From positions 4,640,001 to 4,704,000 of the forward strand of contig OZ242180.1 in the NCBI GenBank assembly GCA_965205485.1: a stretch of 64,000 nt of DNA, given 5' to 3'. Below, one piece after another: positions 47,438 through 58,434 of the stretch. The notes beneath the pieces were generated by a model that had not been told where the DNA came from, did not search any database, and saw only the letters and a list, made by a program, of their open reading frames with translations. How positions within the stretch are numbered: position 1 is the first letter of the stretch; each line of letters opens with the position of its first letter. The translations under genes and the position numbers were made by a program. This DNA comes from Candidatus Latescibacterota bacterium (GTDB lineage: Bacteria > Latescibacterota > UBA2968 > GCA-2709665).

Positions 47438-48049
47438 TCAGAAATCCGCTACGGTATCGGCTTCCTGGATGATTCCTATCACATCGCGCAGGACGTCTAC
47501 AGGCTTCTGTTCTCCGTCGACCCTGCGAATCACGTCAGCCGGATAGAATTCCAGCAGAGGTGCGGTTTCTCTTTCGAATTCCCGCAAACGCCTTCTGATA
47601 ACCGCCTCGCTGGCGTCGTCGAGCCGGTTCTCCCGGAGCGCCCGGCGCAGCGCACGTTCAACCAGTACGTTGTCGTTGGCGATATCCAGATAGATGAGGA
47701 GATTGAGGTCGATATAGTCCGCCATCATTTCGGCCTGGCGCAAATTGCGGGGAATGCCGTCAAGAACGAGCACTTCCTCGTCCGGTCGAAAACCGCCGTT
47801 TTGGATAGCGCCGCGGATGTGGTCCAGCCACAGTTGAACGGTGAACTGGTCCGGGACCAGCCGGCCCTTGCCGGAGTAAGCAAGGAAGATCTTGCCAAGT
47901 TCACTACCAGGATCCAGTGACCTGAAAACGTCCCCGCAGGCCAAATGGTGGAATCCCGGTATGTTGCCCAGGATTCTCCCCTGCGTGCCCTTGCCGGATC
48001 CGGGCGCGCCAACGACCAGAATTGTCCGATGTCTTTCCCGTCGATCCAT
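47438..48049 (-). CDS. adk: Adenylate kinase family, short-LID
   Basis: GAPGSGKGTQ, GDVFR, LVPD, LDGIPR, RLDD. Confidence 0.85.
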   Translation of the reverse strand: MDRRERHRTILVVGAPGSGKGTQGRILGNIPGFHHLACGDVFRSLDPGSELGKIFLAYSGKGRLVPDQFTVQLWLDHIRGAIQNGGFRPDEEVLVLDGIPRNLRQAEMMADYIDLNLLIYLDIANDNVLVERALRRALRENRLDDASEAVIRRRLREFERETAPLLEFYPADVIRRVDGEQKPVDVLRDVIGIIQEADTVADF

Positions 48050-48098
48050 CGTTCAGCCGCTCCATAGATACGTTCAGGCCCGTGGCATCAGCAGCCAT

Positions 48099-49007
48099 TC
48101 AACCGGCATCGGAGGATTGCAGCTTTCCCATCTTCGCAAGCACTTCTTTCAACTGGTGCAGATCGCCTCCGGACAATCGACGCACGGGTCGACGCGGCGG
48201 TCCGCCCGCATCGCAGACGAACTCCGCACCGGCTTTCAGCATTGCCGGATGGGTTCCCAACGCAAAGGCGGATCGAAGCGGGGCAAGCCGCTTCTGATAT
48301 TCCAGCGCGCCGCAGGCGTCTCCGGCCATGTACCGTTCGTAAATGCCCACGCCCAGTTCCGGCGCTACGTTGGCGCTTGCCGCGATTGCACCCGCGGCGC
48401 CGTGGACGAGGGCGGCGTAGATCAGCGTGTCGCGACCCATGATGACGCGAAAATCCTCAGGCGCCAGCCGCAGGTATTCGAGCGTTTGTGAAAAATCGCC
48501 CGAACTCTCCTTGATTCCAACGATATTGCCGAATGTTTCCGCCAGCCGCATTACAAGATTGACCGAAAGGCTGTTCCCGGTTCTCGCCGGGAGATCGTAC
48601 AGGAGTACGGGAAGGTCCACGGCGCGGGCGATCGCCGCAAAGTGGCAGAACATCTCCTCCGGACCCGGCGTAATGAAAAAAGGCGTCAGGACTGAAAGGC
48701 AATCCGCCCCCGCCTCCTGTGCCGCTTCCGCCAGCCGCACGGCCTCGGCCGTCGAATTCGCCGCCGTTCCCACATAGACCGGAACTCGCCCCGCCGTATA
48801 GCCCACGGTCCACTCAAAAAGCCTTTTCTTTTCTTCCGTGCTCAGCGCCCAGGGCTCCCCGGCGGTCCCCCCCGCGAATACCCCATGGGCACCCGCTGCG
48901 ATGACGTAGTTCAGCAGGCGTTCAAGCCCCGCCTCATCCAGTGCTTCGTCGCCGGTCATCGGAGTGACAAGCGCCGGAATCAGCCCGCGCACAAACGTGC
49001 TGTCCAT
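48099..49007 (-). CDS. Dihydrodipicolinate synthase family aldolase
   Basis: PALVTP, GTAGE, LYDLP, GIKESSGD. Confidence 0.9.
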   Translation of the reverse strand: MDSTFVRGLIPALVTPMTGDEALDEAGLERLLNYVIAAGAHGVFAGGTAGEPWALSTEEKKRLFEWTVGYTAGRVPVYVGTAANSTAEAVRLAEAAQEAGADCLSVLTPFFITPGPEEMFCHFAAIARAVDLPVLLYDLPARTGNSLSVNLVMRLAETFGNIVGIKESSGDFSQTLEYLRLAPEDFRVIMGRDTLIYAALVHGAAGAIAASANVAPELGVGIYERYMAGDACGALEYQKRLAPLRSAFALGTHPAMLKAGAEFVCDAGGPPRRPVRRLSGGDLHQLKEVLAKMGKLQSSDAG

Positions 49008-49120
49008 TCACACCCTCACAAGGATTCCCGAAGATTTTCCCCGGGAAAGTTGCACCAAACGTATAGTATACAAACCGGAGTTGAAGATGTCAAACCGAAC
49101 CTGCCAGGAACCATTTGATC

Positions 49121-49149
49121 TTGACTTTATTCAATAAAGATCTTATTTT
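49121..49149 (+). promoter_or_regulatory. greA promoter with palindrome in the spacer
   Basis: TTGACT-17-TATTTT; CTTTATT-C-AATAAAG. Confidence 0.6.
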
Positions 49150-49301
49150 TAAGCATCTTAGAGTCAAATATCGGGCTCATCACCGTTGTTCCTGGTGTAC
49201 ACAGCGGGGCCGTCCGCAATTCCGGACCCCCGGTATTTTTTCTTTCAAATACAGGACTCGCAGATTCGGGTAATCCCCCAAAAAGGAAGAGAGACAGGAC
49301 G

Positions 49302-49775
49302 ATGGATCGGCTTTATCTCACAAAAGACGGATACAACAAGATCCGGACAGAACTGGAGCGCCTCAGGACCCGGGAACGGCCGGCGGTCATCGACGCGATC
49401 GCCAGGGCCCGGGAACATGGAGACCTGAGCGAGAACGCGGAATACCATAGCGCCAAGGAACGTCAGATGTTCATTGAGAAGAAAATCGCCGAACTCCAGG
49501 ACAAGCTGGTTCGGTCTGAAATCATCGACGAGAGTCTCATGGCCAAGGACAAGGCCTATCTTGGAGCCACGGTCACCTTAAAGGATCGGAGGACCGGCGA
49601 ACAGATCCGCTATACACTGGTTTCAACCGACGAAGCGGATTTCGAACAGAACAAGATCTCTACGCAGTCTCCGGTTGGCCGCGCGCTTCTTGGAAAAAGC
49701 GTTGGTGAGCAGGTCGAAGCGAAGGTTCCGGTGGGCACGCTCGCCTACGAGATTCTTGAAATCAGCAGGGATTGA
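49302..49775 (+). CDS. greA: Transcription elongation factor GreA
   Basis: AREHGDLSENAEY, SPVGRALLGK. Confidence 0.97.
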   Translation: MDRLYLTKDGYNKIRTELERLRTRERPAVIDAIARAREHGDLSENAEYHSAKERQMFIEKKIAELQDKLVRSEIIDESLMAKDKAYLGATVTLKDRRTGEQIRYTLVSTDEADFEQNKISTQSPVGRALLGKSVGEQVEAKVPVGTLAYEILEISRD

Positions 49776-49858
49776 CCTGCGAGCGCGTCAAAACCAAAGA
49801 ACAGAGGGAACGCTCATCCTTTGCTTCATTCATTCAGACCCTGCGACAAACTCAATCA

Positions 49859-51223
49859 TCAGGCACTGTTAATCAACCGCGCCACGACCTCGCAGTGCGG
49901 TGTATGGGGAAACATGTCCACAAGCTGCACGTAGTCGGTCCTGTAGCCAGAAGACTCCAGCCGGACCAGGTCCGCACCCAAGGCCTCCGGGTTGCACGAA
50001 ACATATACGATACGCTCGGGGCGCAGATCACAGATCGCCGTTATGGCCTTCGTGTGCATACCCGGCCGCGGTGGATCGGTGACCACGGTTTCGAAACGTT
50101 CTCCCCGCTCACGTATCTGCCAGAGGATCTCTTCCGCCGCGCCCGCGATAAACCGGCAGTTGGACACGCCGTTTATCGCGCTGTTGCGGACCGCATCCCG
50201 AACCGCCCCCTCACCGACCTCGATACCGAGTACATAGCCGGCCTTCCGCGACAGGTGCAGCGAAATCGCGCCCGTTCCGCAATACACGTCCAGAATCCGG
50301 TCGTCCGGACGGGGATCGGCCAACTCAACCACCCGCCGGTATAGATGCCCGGCCTGGCGGGTGTTGGTCTGGAAAAACGAACCCGGCGAAATCTCAAATG
50401 TGAAATCACCCAGTTTCTCTCTAACGGTACCCGTCCCCGCGAGCACCTCTTCGCGGTCGCCTATGGCTACCTGGGCTCGCCGCAGATTGACGCTTCGGAT
50501 GACACTCCTGACCTCAGGAAACGTCTCCTCCAGCATCTTTCCCAACGACTCCGCCTCGGGAAACGCGTCCCCCGACGTTGTCAGCACAACCATGGTTTCA
50601 CCCGTCAGCTTGCCCTCGCGTATGGTCAGGAATCTGAGCAGACCTTCATGGCGCTTCAGATGATAAACGGAGTGCGAGCTGACAAGGTTTCGCACGCGAC
50701 CGACGATGCGGTTTGACGTTTCCGACTGGAGATAACACGCGTCCAGGTCGAATACCCGGTCGAAACGCCCCCAGACGTGCAGGCCCACCTCGGTACGCCC
50801 CTCAGGCGACGAACCGAAGGAGAACTCCATCTTGTTCCGGTAGAAGAACGGTTCTGCCGAAGGCAATGGCGCGTCCAGTTTCGTATCTATTCCGGCCTCT
50901 GCCAGACAGTTCCGCACCAGGTCCTGCTTCAATCTCACCTGGGAGTCGTAGGGAATGTCCTGCCATAGGCAACCGCCGCAGAGCCCAAAGTGAGAACAGC
51001 GTGCAGGCGTCCGCTCGATTCGGGTGGAGAGCAGCTCCTCCAGACTGGCTTCGGCCCGACGCAACCGGTTCCTGATCTTGCGTACACGCGCCCGGACCCG
51101 GTCTCCGGGCACCGTGCCGCGGACAAGCAAGGTATAGGCGCCCATCCGGCCCAGACCGTTTCCCCGTCGATCCAGCCGCTCGATGTCAATCTCTACCTGA
51201 TCGCCCCGCCTGGGTTTCAGCAC
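49859..51223 (-). CDS. rlmD: 23S rRNA m5U1939 methyltransferase
   Basis: TRAM domain, CSHFGLCGGC, YRNK, SFFQTN, DPPR, YVSCNP, DMFPHT. Confidence 0.93.
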   Translation of the reverse strand: MLKPRRGDQVEIDIERLDRRGNGLGRMGAYTLLVRGTVPGDRVRARVRKIRNRLRRAEASLEELLSTRIERTPARCSHFGLCGGCLWQDIPYDSQVRLKQDLVRNCLAEAGIDTKLDAPLPSAEPFFYRNKMEFSFGSSPEGRTEVGLHVWGRFDRVFDLDACYLQSETSNRIVGRVRNLVSSHSVYHLKRHEGLLRFLTIREGKLTGETMVVLTTSGDAFPEAESLGKMLEETFPEVRSVIRSVNLRRAQVAIGDREEVLAGTGTVREKLGDFTFEISPGSFFQTNTRQAGHLYRRVVELADPRPDDRILDVYCGTGAISLHLSRKAGYVLGIEVGEGAVRDAVRNSAINGVSNCRFIAGAAEEILWQIRERGERFETVVTDPPRPGMHTKAITAICDLRPERIVYVSCNPEALGADLVRLESSGYRTDYVQLVDMFPHTPHCEVVARLINSA

Positions 51224-52496
51224 GCGGGTCCTCCTCCTTCAGAAGGGCGGACGGCGCTCGAAAAGGACCTTTGTGCAACTCGCCGGTCAGCCCCTCCTGT
51301 TGTACGAATCCATCCGCGGAAAACAATACGACGCCCTGAAAGCCCCTCACGCGCGCGATCTCGATCTGAGCCACCGTTTCGTCGGCATTCTGGTTCCAGA
51401 CGCCGATTCCCGCGTACAGACCTGCCTTTTTCACTCGCTTCCTTGCTTCGGCCATCTGGCGTTCGATTTCTTGAGTCGATCCCTCATAGAACATGGGCAC
51501 CACAAAGTCCACGAGCCCCCTGTTGCTCCATGCGATCCAGTCCTGTCCGTACTGCGTATATGCGGATTCGATGTCCGGTTTTACAGCGGCAGACAGCCTG
51601 ACAGCGGGTTTGAGGCGTGCGATCGCATCACGCGCCTGGCCTACGAGCAGACTGACCTGTTCGCTGCGCCACCGATGCCACAACTTCCTGACATCGGTCG
51701 CGTCCGCACCGGCACCTGCACCGGCCTCGTTGTCATTCCGGCCGGCGGGGTCCAGGCCGTAGCGCGCCCTGAACGCTTCGTTCACGGCGGGACTGTAGTC
51801 GTAATGGATATTCGGGTACCGGACATAGTCCATGTGAATACCGTCGATATCGTATTCGTCCACGATCTCTTCGATGACCCTGAGCAGATGGGCCCTGACT
51901 TCGGGAACGCCGGGCGAAAGGAATCTCCCGGTCACTCCGCGTTCGACCAGATCGACGCCGTCGAGCGCGACGCGCCCCATATCGATCCCGTCTGCGGATC
52001 GCATGAACCATTCGGGATGTTGAAGATAGACATGCCGCGGCGACGCAGGCCGCTGCTCAGTCGGTTTCCAGGTGAGGAATATATTCACCCACGCGTGTAC
52101 TTCCAGGCCGGCCCGGTGCCCCTCTTCCACGAGAAGCGCAAGTGGATCGAAATCAGGATCGGACAGGGATTCCGATCTGGGTACCAGGCGGCTTCGATAA
52201 AAGGCATCGCCTCTGCCGCGAACCTGAACCAGGAGCGCGTTCAACCGGGCGTCTACGGCCATCCGCACAGCGCGCATGGCCTGCTCACGATTCTTCAGCC
52301 AGTGGCGAACCACCCACAATCCCCTGAATTCCTCCTGCGACCGGCCGGATGCATCCGCGGAACCGGACCCGAAGCCGAGCGCAAGGCAAAGACAGACGAG
52401 TATCCTCCGGAGAAAGACCGGGAACAAAGAGGGCAAATCGACCGGTCTGTCGATTTGCCCTCTCGTCACGAAATTGTCACGGCGCAACGGATTCAT
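51186..52496 (-). CDS. Glycosyl hydrolase-like family 10 (DUF187/YddW-like), exported; start uncertain
   Basis: EFRGLWV, QVRGRGDAFY, EVHAW, DGIHMDYVRYP, QDW, PMFY. Confidence 0.88.
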   Translation of the reverse strand: MNPLRRDNFVTRGQIDRPVDLPSLFPVFLRRILVCLCLALGFGSGSADASGRSQEEFRGLWVVRHWLKNREQAMRAVRMAVDARLNALLVQVRGRGDAFYRSRLVPRSESLSDPDFDPLALLVEEGHRAGLEVHAWVNIFLTWKPTEQRPASPRHVYLQHPEWFMRSADGIDMGRVALDGVDLVERGVTGRFLSPGVPEVRAHLLRVIEEIVDEYDIDGIHMDYVRYPNIHYDYSPAVNEAFRARYGLDPAGRNDNEAGAGAGADATDVRKLWHRWRSEQVSLLVGQARDAIARLKPAVRLSAAVKPDIESAYTQYGQDWIAWSNRGLVDFVVPMFYEGSTQEIERQMAEARKRVKKAGLYAGIGVWNQNADETVAQIEIARVRGFQGVVLFSADGFVQQEGLTGELHKGPFRAPSALLKEEDPRAETQAGRSGRD

Positions 52497-53044
52497 TTTT
52501 TCGTACGCTCTTGGGCCTCACTCGATTCGTCGGCTTGCCCGGTTTCGGCCTCGCCGGATGAATCCGAAGCCGGTTCGCTCGCGGCGTCCGTGACTTCGTC
52601 AGCGGAAGTTTCCGCCGGTTCCCGGCTCTCACTGCGGACACCGCCATCATCATCCGAATCCGGTCGTCCGGCAGAATCGGCTCTGGTTTCCTCCCCGACC
52701 ATTTCCACCAGACACATCTCGACGCGGTCACCGCGGCGGGGGCCGAGTTTGAGTAACCGGAGATAGCCGCCATTGCGTTCAGAAAACGAATCCGCGATCT
52801 CGTCGAAGAGTCTGGCAACCACACGCTGGTTTCGAATCCGTCGCAGGACCTGCCGTCTCGCGTGCAAGTCGCCCCTTTTCGCGAACGTAATAAGGCGTTC
52901 GGCCACGCCGCGCAGCTCCTTGGCCTTTGCGTGGGTCGTGCGTATGGAACCGTACGTGAACAGAGACGCGGCCATGTTGTTCAACATCGCCCTCTTGTGG
53001 CTGGCCGTACGCCCGAGTTTGCGCCCCCGTTTTCCGTGTCTCAT
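52493..53044 (-). CDS. rplQ: 50S ribosomal protein L17 with acidic C-terminal tail
   Basis: MRHGKRGRKLGRTASH. Confidence 0.97.
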   Translation of the reverse strand: MRHGKRGRKLGRTASHKRAMLNNMAASLFTYGSIRTTHAKAKELRGVAERLITFAKRGDLHARRQVLRRIRNQRVVARLFDEIADSFSERNGGYLRLLKLGPRRGDRVEMCLVEMVGEETRADSAGRPDSDDDGGVRSESREPAETSADEVTDAASEPASDSSGEAETGQADESSEAQERTKK

Positions 53045-53072
53045 AGCCCGTCTTTCCGGTTAAGAAGCTATC

Positions 53073-54089
53073 TTAAAATTCATCTTCCAATACCGCGACT
53101 TCCTCGCTCTTCGGGGCAATCCCGCTGTATTTCGATATATCCATTCCAAACTGAAGGCCCAGACCTTCCAGTATTGCTGTCAACTCGTTCAGCGACTTGC
53201 GGCCGAAATTCCGGAACTTCAGCATTTCGGTCTCGGTCTTTTGAACAAGGTCTTCAAGCGTGAGAATATTGGCCGCCTTCAAACAGTTGGCGGAACGCAC
53301 GGACAGTTCCAGTTCTTCCACCGGCATCTGCAGAAGCGATGCCACCCGCTGCGTGTCTTCGTCGATGATTTCCTCGTATTCCTCCTCCGGCTCTTCTTCG
53401 AAGTGTATGAAGAGCTCCAGATGGTCCTTCAATATCTTTGCCGCGTGAGACACGGCGTCGTCAGGCCGTATGGCACCGTTCGTCCAGACGGTCAGCGTCA
53501 GTTTATCGTAGTCCGTCTGTTGCCCGACGCGGGCGTTGTCCACCTCGTAATGCACCTTTCTGATGGGAGAAAATGCCGAATCGAGCATTATCGTATCCGT
53601 GGCGGGGTCGGTGACTTTATTCTCTTCAGCCAGCACGTAACCCCTACCCTTGCCTACGGTGATCTCCATTTCGAGATGGCCGTCCTGATCCAGAGATGCG
53701 ATGTGCTGTTCGGGGTTCATCACTTCGACGTCGGCGTCCACCTCCAGTTCTTTCGCCGTCAAACTGTCCGGCCCCTCCTTGTCGATACGAAGCAGTTTGT
53801 CTTCGTCCGAATGCACCCTCAGGTTTACTTCCTTGAGATTCAGTACGATTTCAGTCATGTCTTCGACGACGCCCTGTACAACGGAGAACTCGTGCTGCAC
53901 CCCTTCCACACGAATGGCCTTGACGGCTGCGCCTTCAATCGATGAAAGCAATATCCGGCGCAATGCATTGCCAATGGTGGTACCGAACCCGCGTTCAAGA
54001 GGTTGAACCGTGAACATCCCGTAAGAGTCGGTGAGGCTGCCCTCATCGATCTGCACGGACCTGGGCATCTGGAAGTTCTTAGGCTTCAT
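53073..54089 (-). CDS. rpoA: RNA polymerase alpha subunit
   Basis: PLERGFGTTIGNALRRILLSS, LSVRSANCL. Confidence 0.98.
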   Translation of the reverse strand: MKPKNFQMPRSVQIDEGSLTDSYGMFTVQPLERGFGTTIGNALRRILLSSIEGAAVKAIRVEGVQHEFSVVQGVVEDMTEIVLNLKEVNLRVHSDEDKLLRIDKEGPDSLTAKELEVDADVEVMNPEQHIASLDQDGHLEMEITVGKGRGYVLAEENKVTDPATDTIMLDSAFSPIRKVHYEVDNARVGQQTDYDKLTLTVWTNGAIRPDDAVSHAAKILKDHLELFIHFEEEPEEEYEEIIDEDTQRVASLLQMPVEELELSVRSANCLKAANILTLEDLVQKTETEMLKFRNFGRKSLNELTAILEGLGLQFGMDISKYSGIAPKSEEVAVLEDEF

Positions 54090-54179
54090 ACAGGAATTCT
54101 CCTTGGATCCACTGAAAGACAATATGGCAATCCGTTCCCAGCCGTGTAAACGCGGCCGCTCGTCATCGAGCCGAAGCGG

Positions 54180-54809
54180 CTATTTCGAATACAACTCCAC
54201 GATGAGCTGCTCCTCGACGGGCGTCGGAATACCCTCCCTGTCGGGATACTCGAGAACGGTTCCGGTGAGATTGACTTTGTCCAGGGACAGCCATGGCGCC
54301 TGTCGCCCCTCGCCGACCCGCTTGATGGAGTCGTGAATCAACGCCAGCTGCCGGCTCTTTTCCCGGACCTGAATGGTATCCCCGGGCGAGACCTGAAAGG
54401 AAGGGACGTCGACGATGCGCCCGTTCACCATGATGTGCCGGTGCCGCACGAGTTGACGGGCCGCCTTGTGAGAAGGCGCGAAGCCCAGCCGGTGGGTGAC
54501 GTTGTCCAGGCGGCTCTCGAGCGTCTGCAGGAGGAGTTCCCCGGTGACACCCTTCCGGCGGGCGGCCTTGTGATAATAGCCTCGGAACTGATTCTCCAAC
54601 ACGCCGTATTGGCGTTTGGCCTTTTGCTTCTCCCTGAGCTGCAGGGCATATTCAGACGGCTTGCGTCCCTGCCGCTGTCCGTGCATGCCGGGCGCATAGC
54701 TGCGCTTTTCAAACGAGCATTTGTCCAGATAGCAGCGTTCGCCTTTGAGGAACAGCTTTACGCCTTCACGTCGACACAATTTGCAACTGGAATCAGTATA
54801 CCTTGCCAT
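54180..54809 (-). CDS. rpsD: 30S ribosomal protein S4 (Zn-binding type)
   Basis: [27 protein letters not shown]. Confidence 0.98.
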   Translation of the reverse strand: MARYTDSSCKLCRREGVKLFLKGERCYLDKCSFEKRSYAPGMHGQRQGRKPSEYALQLREKQKAKRQYGVLENQFRGYYHKAARRKGVTGELLLQTLESRLDNVTHRLGFAPSHKAARQLVRHRHIMVNGRIVDVPSFQVSPGDTIQVREKSRQLALIHDSIKRVGEGRQAPWLSLDKVNLTGTVLEYPDREGIPTPVEEQLIVELYSK

Positions 54810-54836
54810 GCAATAGACCTCCCAGGCCGGATGCCG

Positions 54837-55226
54837 TTATACGCGCCGCCGCTTTGGCGGCCGACAACCGTTGTGAGGAATCGGTGTAACGTCGCGAATC
54901 GCCGCGATTTCCAACCCTGCGCCCTGCAGGGCGCGGACGGCGGCTTCGCGGCCGACACCTGGACCCTTGACCCAAACCTCGACACGTCGCAGACCCATGG
55001 ACATCGCATCCTTTGCCGCGGCTTCCGCGGCCAACTGTGCGGCAAATGGCGTGCTCTTGCGTGAACCCTTGAACCCCACCTTGCCGGTTGTGGACCACGA
55101 AATCACGTGTCCGTCTTTGTCGGTCAGCGTCACGATGGTATTGTTGAACGTGGCCTTAATGTGGGCAACGCCCTGTCCGTCGACCCGCTTGTTCCTTCTT
55201 CGGCCTCTTCTCTGTTCCGGCGGCAA
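54837..55226 (-). CDS. rpsK: 30S ribosomal protein S11
   Basis: ATFNNT, STPFAAQ, PHNGCRP. Confidence 0.98.
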   Translation of the reverse strand: MPPEQRRGRRRNKRVDGQGVAHIKATFNNTIVTLTDKDGHVISWSTTGKVGFKGSRKSTPFAAQLAAEAAAKDAMSMGLRRVEVWVKGPGVGREAAVRALQGAGLEIAAIRDVTPIPHNGCRPPKRRRV

Positions 55227-55248
55227 GTGATCGCCTCCTTAGCTGCGT

Positions 55249-55629
55249 TTAGTGTTGTGCTTTCTTCTTCTTGGCAATCTGACCCTTTTTGGGCCCTTTT
55301 CTCGTCCGGGCATTCGTCCGGGTCCGCTGGCCGCGCACCGGGAGCCCCCTCCGCCACCTCAGCCCTCGATAGCAGCCGATGTCCATCAACCGCTTGATAT
55401 TCATCGCCACTTCGCTTCTCAGGTTGCCTTCCACCCGGTATTCACCCTCGATCACGCTCCGGAGTTTCGTGACGTCTTCCTCGCTTAACGCGTCGACGCG
55501 CGTGTCCGGTGAAATCTGCGTTTTCTCAAGGATCCGGTTCGAGGAGCTTCTGCCAATCCCGTAAATGTAGGTCAGTGCGATTTCTACACGCTTTTCACGC
55601 GGAACATCGACACCTGCGATACGAGCCAT
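55249..55629 (-). CDS. rpsM: 30S ribosomal protein S13
   Basis: [25 protein letters not shown]. Confidence 0.98.
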   Translation of the reverse strand: MARIAGVDVPREKRVEIALTYIYGIGRSSSNRILEKTQISPDTRVDALSEEDVTKLRSVIEGEYRVEGNLRSEVAMNIKRLMDIGCYRGLRWRRGLPVRGQRTRTNARTRKGPKKGQIAKKKKAQH

Positions 55630-55661
55630 CGTATCTCCTCCTTCGTTCGGATTCCGAAGGG

Positions 55662-55778
55662 CTATCCCTGTCTCTGTTTATGACTTGGATCGTGTTTGCA
55701 TATCACGCGGACCACGCCCTTACGGCGAATGACCTTGCAGTGATTGCAGCGTTTCTTAACGGATGCTCTGACCCTCAT
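55662..55778 (-). CDS. rpmJ: 50S ribosomal protein L36 (below ORF-track cutoff)
   Basis: Manual translation [38 protein letters not shown]. Confidence 0.97.
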   Translation of the reverse strand: MRVRASVKKRCNHCKVIRRKGVVRVICKHDPSHKQRQG

Positions 55779-55794
55779 CGGTCTGTCCTTTCGG

Positions 55795-57135
55795 TCATCT
55801 CCGGCCCTTCAACCTTCCCTTTTTCATAAAGCCGTCGTAATGCCGCATGAGGAGGTGCGACTCCACGCGCTGAAGCGTGTCCAGCGCTACGCCGACGATA
55901 ATCAGAAGTCCGGTACCCCCGAAGAAGTCGATCAGACCGGGATTCACGTCGGCCCAACTGATAACGAAAAACGGGAAGACCGCGATCGCCGCGAGGAAGA
56001 TCGATCCCGGTAGCGTGATTCGGGTCAAAATCCGGTCGATAAAGTCGGACGTGCGTCGACCGGGCCGGATACCCGGAATGAACCCGCCCTGTCGCTTCAT
56101 ATTGTCGGCGAGGTCTACAGGATTGAAGACGATTGCCGTATAGAAATAGGCGAAAAAGATGATCATCGCGGAGTAGAGAATCCAGTACGGCAGCGCGTGC
56201 AACGTAGTGGCCGGTGAAAACCGTGAGGCCATATCCTGCACCCACTCGTTCATCGGGAAAAAATTCGCCAGCGTGGACGGCAGAAACATGATAGCCTGCG
56301 CGAATATAATGGGCATGACCCCCGAAGTATTCACCTTGAGCGGAATGTGAGTACTCTGGCCGCCGTATACGCGTCTGCCCACGACGCGTTTGGCGTATTG
56401 TACGGGGATTTTCCTCGTTCCCTGCGTTATGAGCACCACAAGCGCGGTGACCGCGATGATAATGACGACCACGAACAGCTCCAGCAGGATGGGCTTGTTA
56501 TTGGCCACGAAATCCTGATATTCCTGAATGACCGCCGCGGGCGCGCGGGCAATGATGCCTATGAAAATCAGCATCGACATGCCGTTGCCGATACCCCGGT
56601 CGTCAATCTGTTCACCCAGCCACATCACAAATACGGTTCCTGCGGTGATGGTCAGAATTGTCAACAACCGAAAGCCCAGACCCGGGTCCGGGACAACCAG
56701 CATGCCCGTGATGGGCGACCGGAGACTTTCCATAAACAGGCTGACGCCAAAAGACTGCGCGGCAGCCAGCGCAACGGTCCCGTAACGGGTATATTGGGTG
56801 ATCTTCTTGCGACCCTCTTCGCCCTCTTTCTGCAGCTTTTGCAGAAACGGGATTACAGCACCCATCAACTGGAGTATGATTGAGGCGCTGATATACGGCA
56901 TAATGCCAAGCGCGAATACGGTTGCGCGGCCGAACGCGCCGCCGGCAAACATGTCGTAGAATCCGAGGACACCGGTAGCGGCGCTGCTGAAATACTCGTC
57001 GAGAGCCCTTGGGTCGATGCCGGGAATGGTCACGTACGTGCCGATCCGGAAGACCACAAGAATACCCAGTGTAAACAGGATGCGATTGCGCAGTTCGGGG
57101 ATTCGAAACGCACTCTGGAAACTCTGGAGCACCAC
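55795..57135 (-). CDS. secY: Preprotein translocase SecY
   Basis: [31 protein letters not shown]. Confidence 0.98.
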   Translation of the reverse strand: MVLQSFQSAFRIPELRNRILFTLGILVVFRIGTYVTIPGIDPRALDEYFSSAATGVLGFYDMFAGGAFGRATVFALGIMPYISASIILQLMGAVIPFLQKLQKEGEEGRKKITQYTRYGTVALAAAQSFGVSLFMESLRSPITGMLVVPDPGLGFRLLTILTITAGTVFVMWLGEQIDDRGIGNGMSMLIFIGIIARAPAAVIQEYQDFVANNKPILLELFVVVIIIAVTALVVLITQGTRKIPVQYAKRVVGRRVYGGQSTHIPLKVNTSGVMPIIFAQAIMFLPSTLANFFPMNEWVQDMASRFSPATTLHALPYWILYSAMIIFFAYFYTAIVFNPVDLADNMKRQGGFIPGIRPGRRTSDFIDRILTRITLPGSIFLAAIAVFPFFVISWADVNPGLIDFFGGTGLLIIVGVALDTLQRVESHLLMRHYDGFMKKGRLKGRR

Positions 57136-57150
57136 CGCCTCCTCTTCAGA

Positions 57151-57612
57151 TTAACCCGTCCCGGAACCCGCGTCCATCAGGCTGACACTGCCTCCAGCCG
57201 CTTCGATCTTCCCCCTGGCCGATCGGGATACCGCGTGTGCCTGAACCTGCATGGCATCTGCGATCTCACCCCGTCCCAGAATCTTCACGGGTCGCCGAAT
57301 TGACCGTATCAGGCCCGTCTGCTTCAGGTGTTCGGGTGTCACTTCACCGGACAATCCACGCCTTGCCATATCGTCCAGATTAACGACCTGATAGACCACC
57401 TTCTGAGGGTTATTGAATCCTATTTTGGGCAGCCTGCGTTGCAACGGCATCTGCCCGCCTTCAAACCACGGCCTTGTTTTCGCGCCGGAACGCGACTTCT
57501 GGCCCTTATGTCCTTTCCCGCTTGTCTTGCCGCATCCGGAACCCGCGCCGCAACCCAGCCGTTTGCGGCTCTTGACGGCGCCCACGGGAGACTTCAGCCT
57601 TCCTGGTTTCAT
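57151..57612 (-). CDS. rplO: 50S ribosomal protein L15
   Basis: GKGHKGQKSRSG, FEGGQMPL. Confidence 0.97.
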   Translation of the reverse strand: MKPGRLKSPVGAVKSRKRLGCGAGSGCGKTSGKGHKGQKSRSGAKTRPWFEGGQMPLQRRLPKIGFNNPQKVVYQVVNLDDMARRGLSGEVTPEHLKQTGLIRSIRRPVKILGRGEIADAMQVQAHAVSRSARGKIEAAGGSVSLMDAGSGTG

Positions 57613-57687
57613 GCTCGTGACCCCTATGCTTGAGGGAAGGTAACCCCGGATCCTTCGGACCGGTCCTGCAGAGATGCATCACCGGAA

Positions 57688-57885
57688 TCAGCCGTCTGCC
57701 GGCTCCACCTCTACAAGGTGTGCAACCGTGTTGACCATACCGCGGATCTGCGCCGTGTCGTCGTGAACCACACTGTGGCGAATACGGCGAATTCCAAGAG
57801 CGCTGAGCGTACGCCGCTGTTTTTGATTTCTCGAAATCAAACTGCGTACCTGGGTAATTTTCAGCTTTCCGCCGTCGTGTGCCAT
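57688..57885 (-). CDS. rpmD: 50S ribosomal protein L30
   Basis: [10 protein letters not shown]...IRGMV. Confidence 0.95.
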   Translation of the reverse strand: MAHDGGKLKITQVRSLISRNQKQRRTLSALGIRRIRHSVVHDDTAQIRGMVNTVAHLVEVEPADG

Positions 57886-57891
57886 GCCGCG

Positions 57892-58407
57892 TTACTCCCG
57901 GGCGCCCGTCAACTCCGCCTCATCGACGTTCCGTAACCGTGCAAACGCCCGCGCGTCCCTGAGGCTGGACAGGCCCTGAAGCGTGGCTTTCACGGTATTG
58001 TGGGTATTCTGCGACCCCAGTGATTTGGTCAGCACGTTCTGCACGCCTGCCAGTTCCAGTACCGCTCGAATGCCCCCGCCGGCGATCACACCGGTTCCCG
58101 GAGCAGCGGGCCGCAACAGCACACGGGAAGCGCCAAAGACGCCGATGATCTCATGCGGCAGCGTTCCGTTGATCAACGGTATTCGTACCAGCTCCTTCTT
58201 GGCGTTTTCCGTCGCTTTGCGGATGGCTTCCGCAACCTCTCCCGCCTTGCCCATTCCCGCACCGACGTGACCCTGACGGTCTCCGACGACGACCATCACG
58301 TTGAAAGCGAAACGACGGCCGCCCTTGCGAACGTGGGACACCCTCTTGAGGCTGTTGTTGATTACGATTTCGGTCAGGTCCAATCCGGAAGAATCTATCC
58401 GTTTCAA
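57892..58407 (-). CDS. rpsE: 30S ribosomal protein S5
   Basis: [23 protein letters not shown]. Confidence 0.97.
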   Translation of the reverse strand: MKRIDSSGLDLTEIVINNSLKRVSHVRKGGRRFAFNVMVVVGDRQGHVGAGMGKAGEVAEAIRKATENAKKELVRIPLINGTLPHEIIGVFGASRVLLRPAAPGTGVIAGGGIRAVLELAGVQNVLTKSLGSQNTHNTVKATLQGLSSLRDARAFARLRNVDEAELTGARE

Positions 58408-58434
58408 ATGGCTGCTCCCTTTAATCTGACACCA

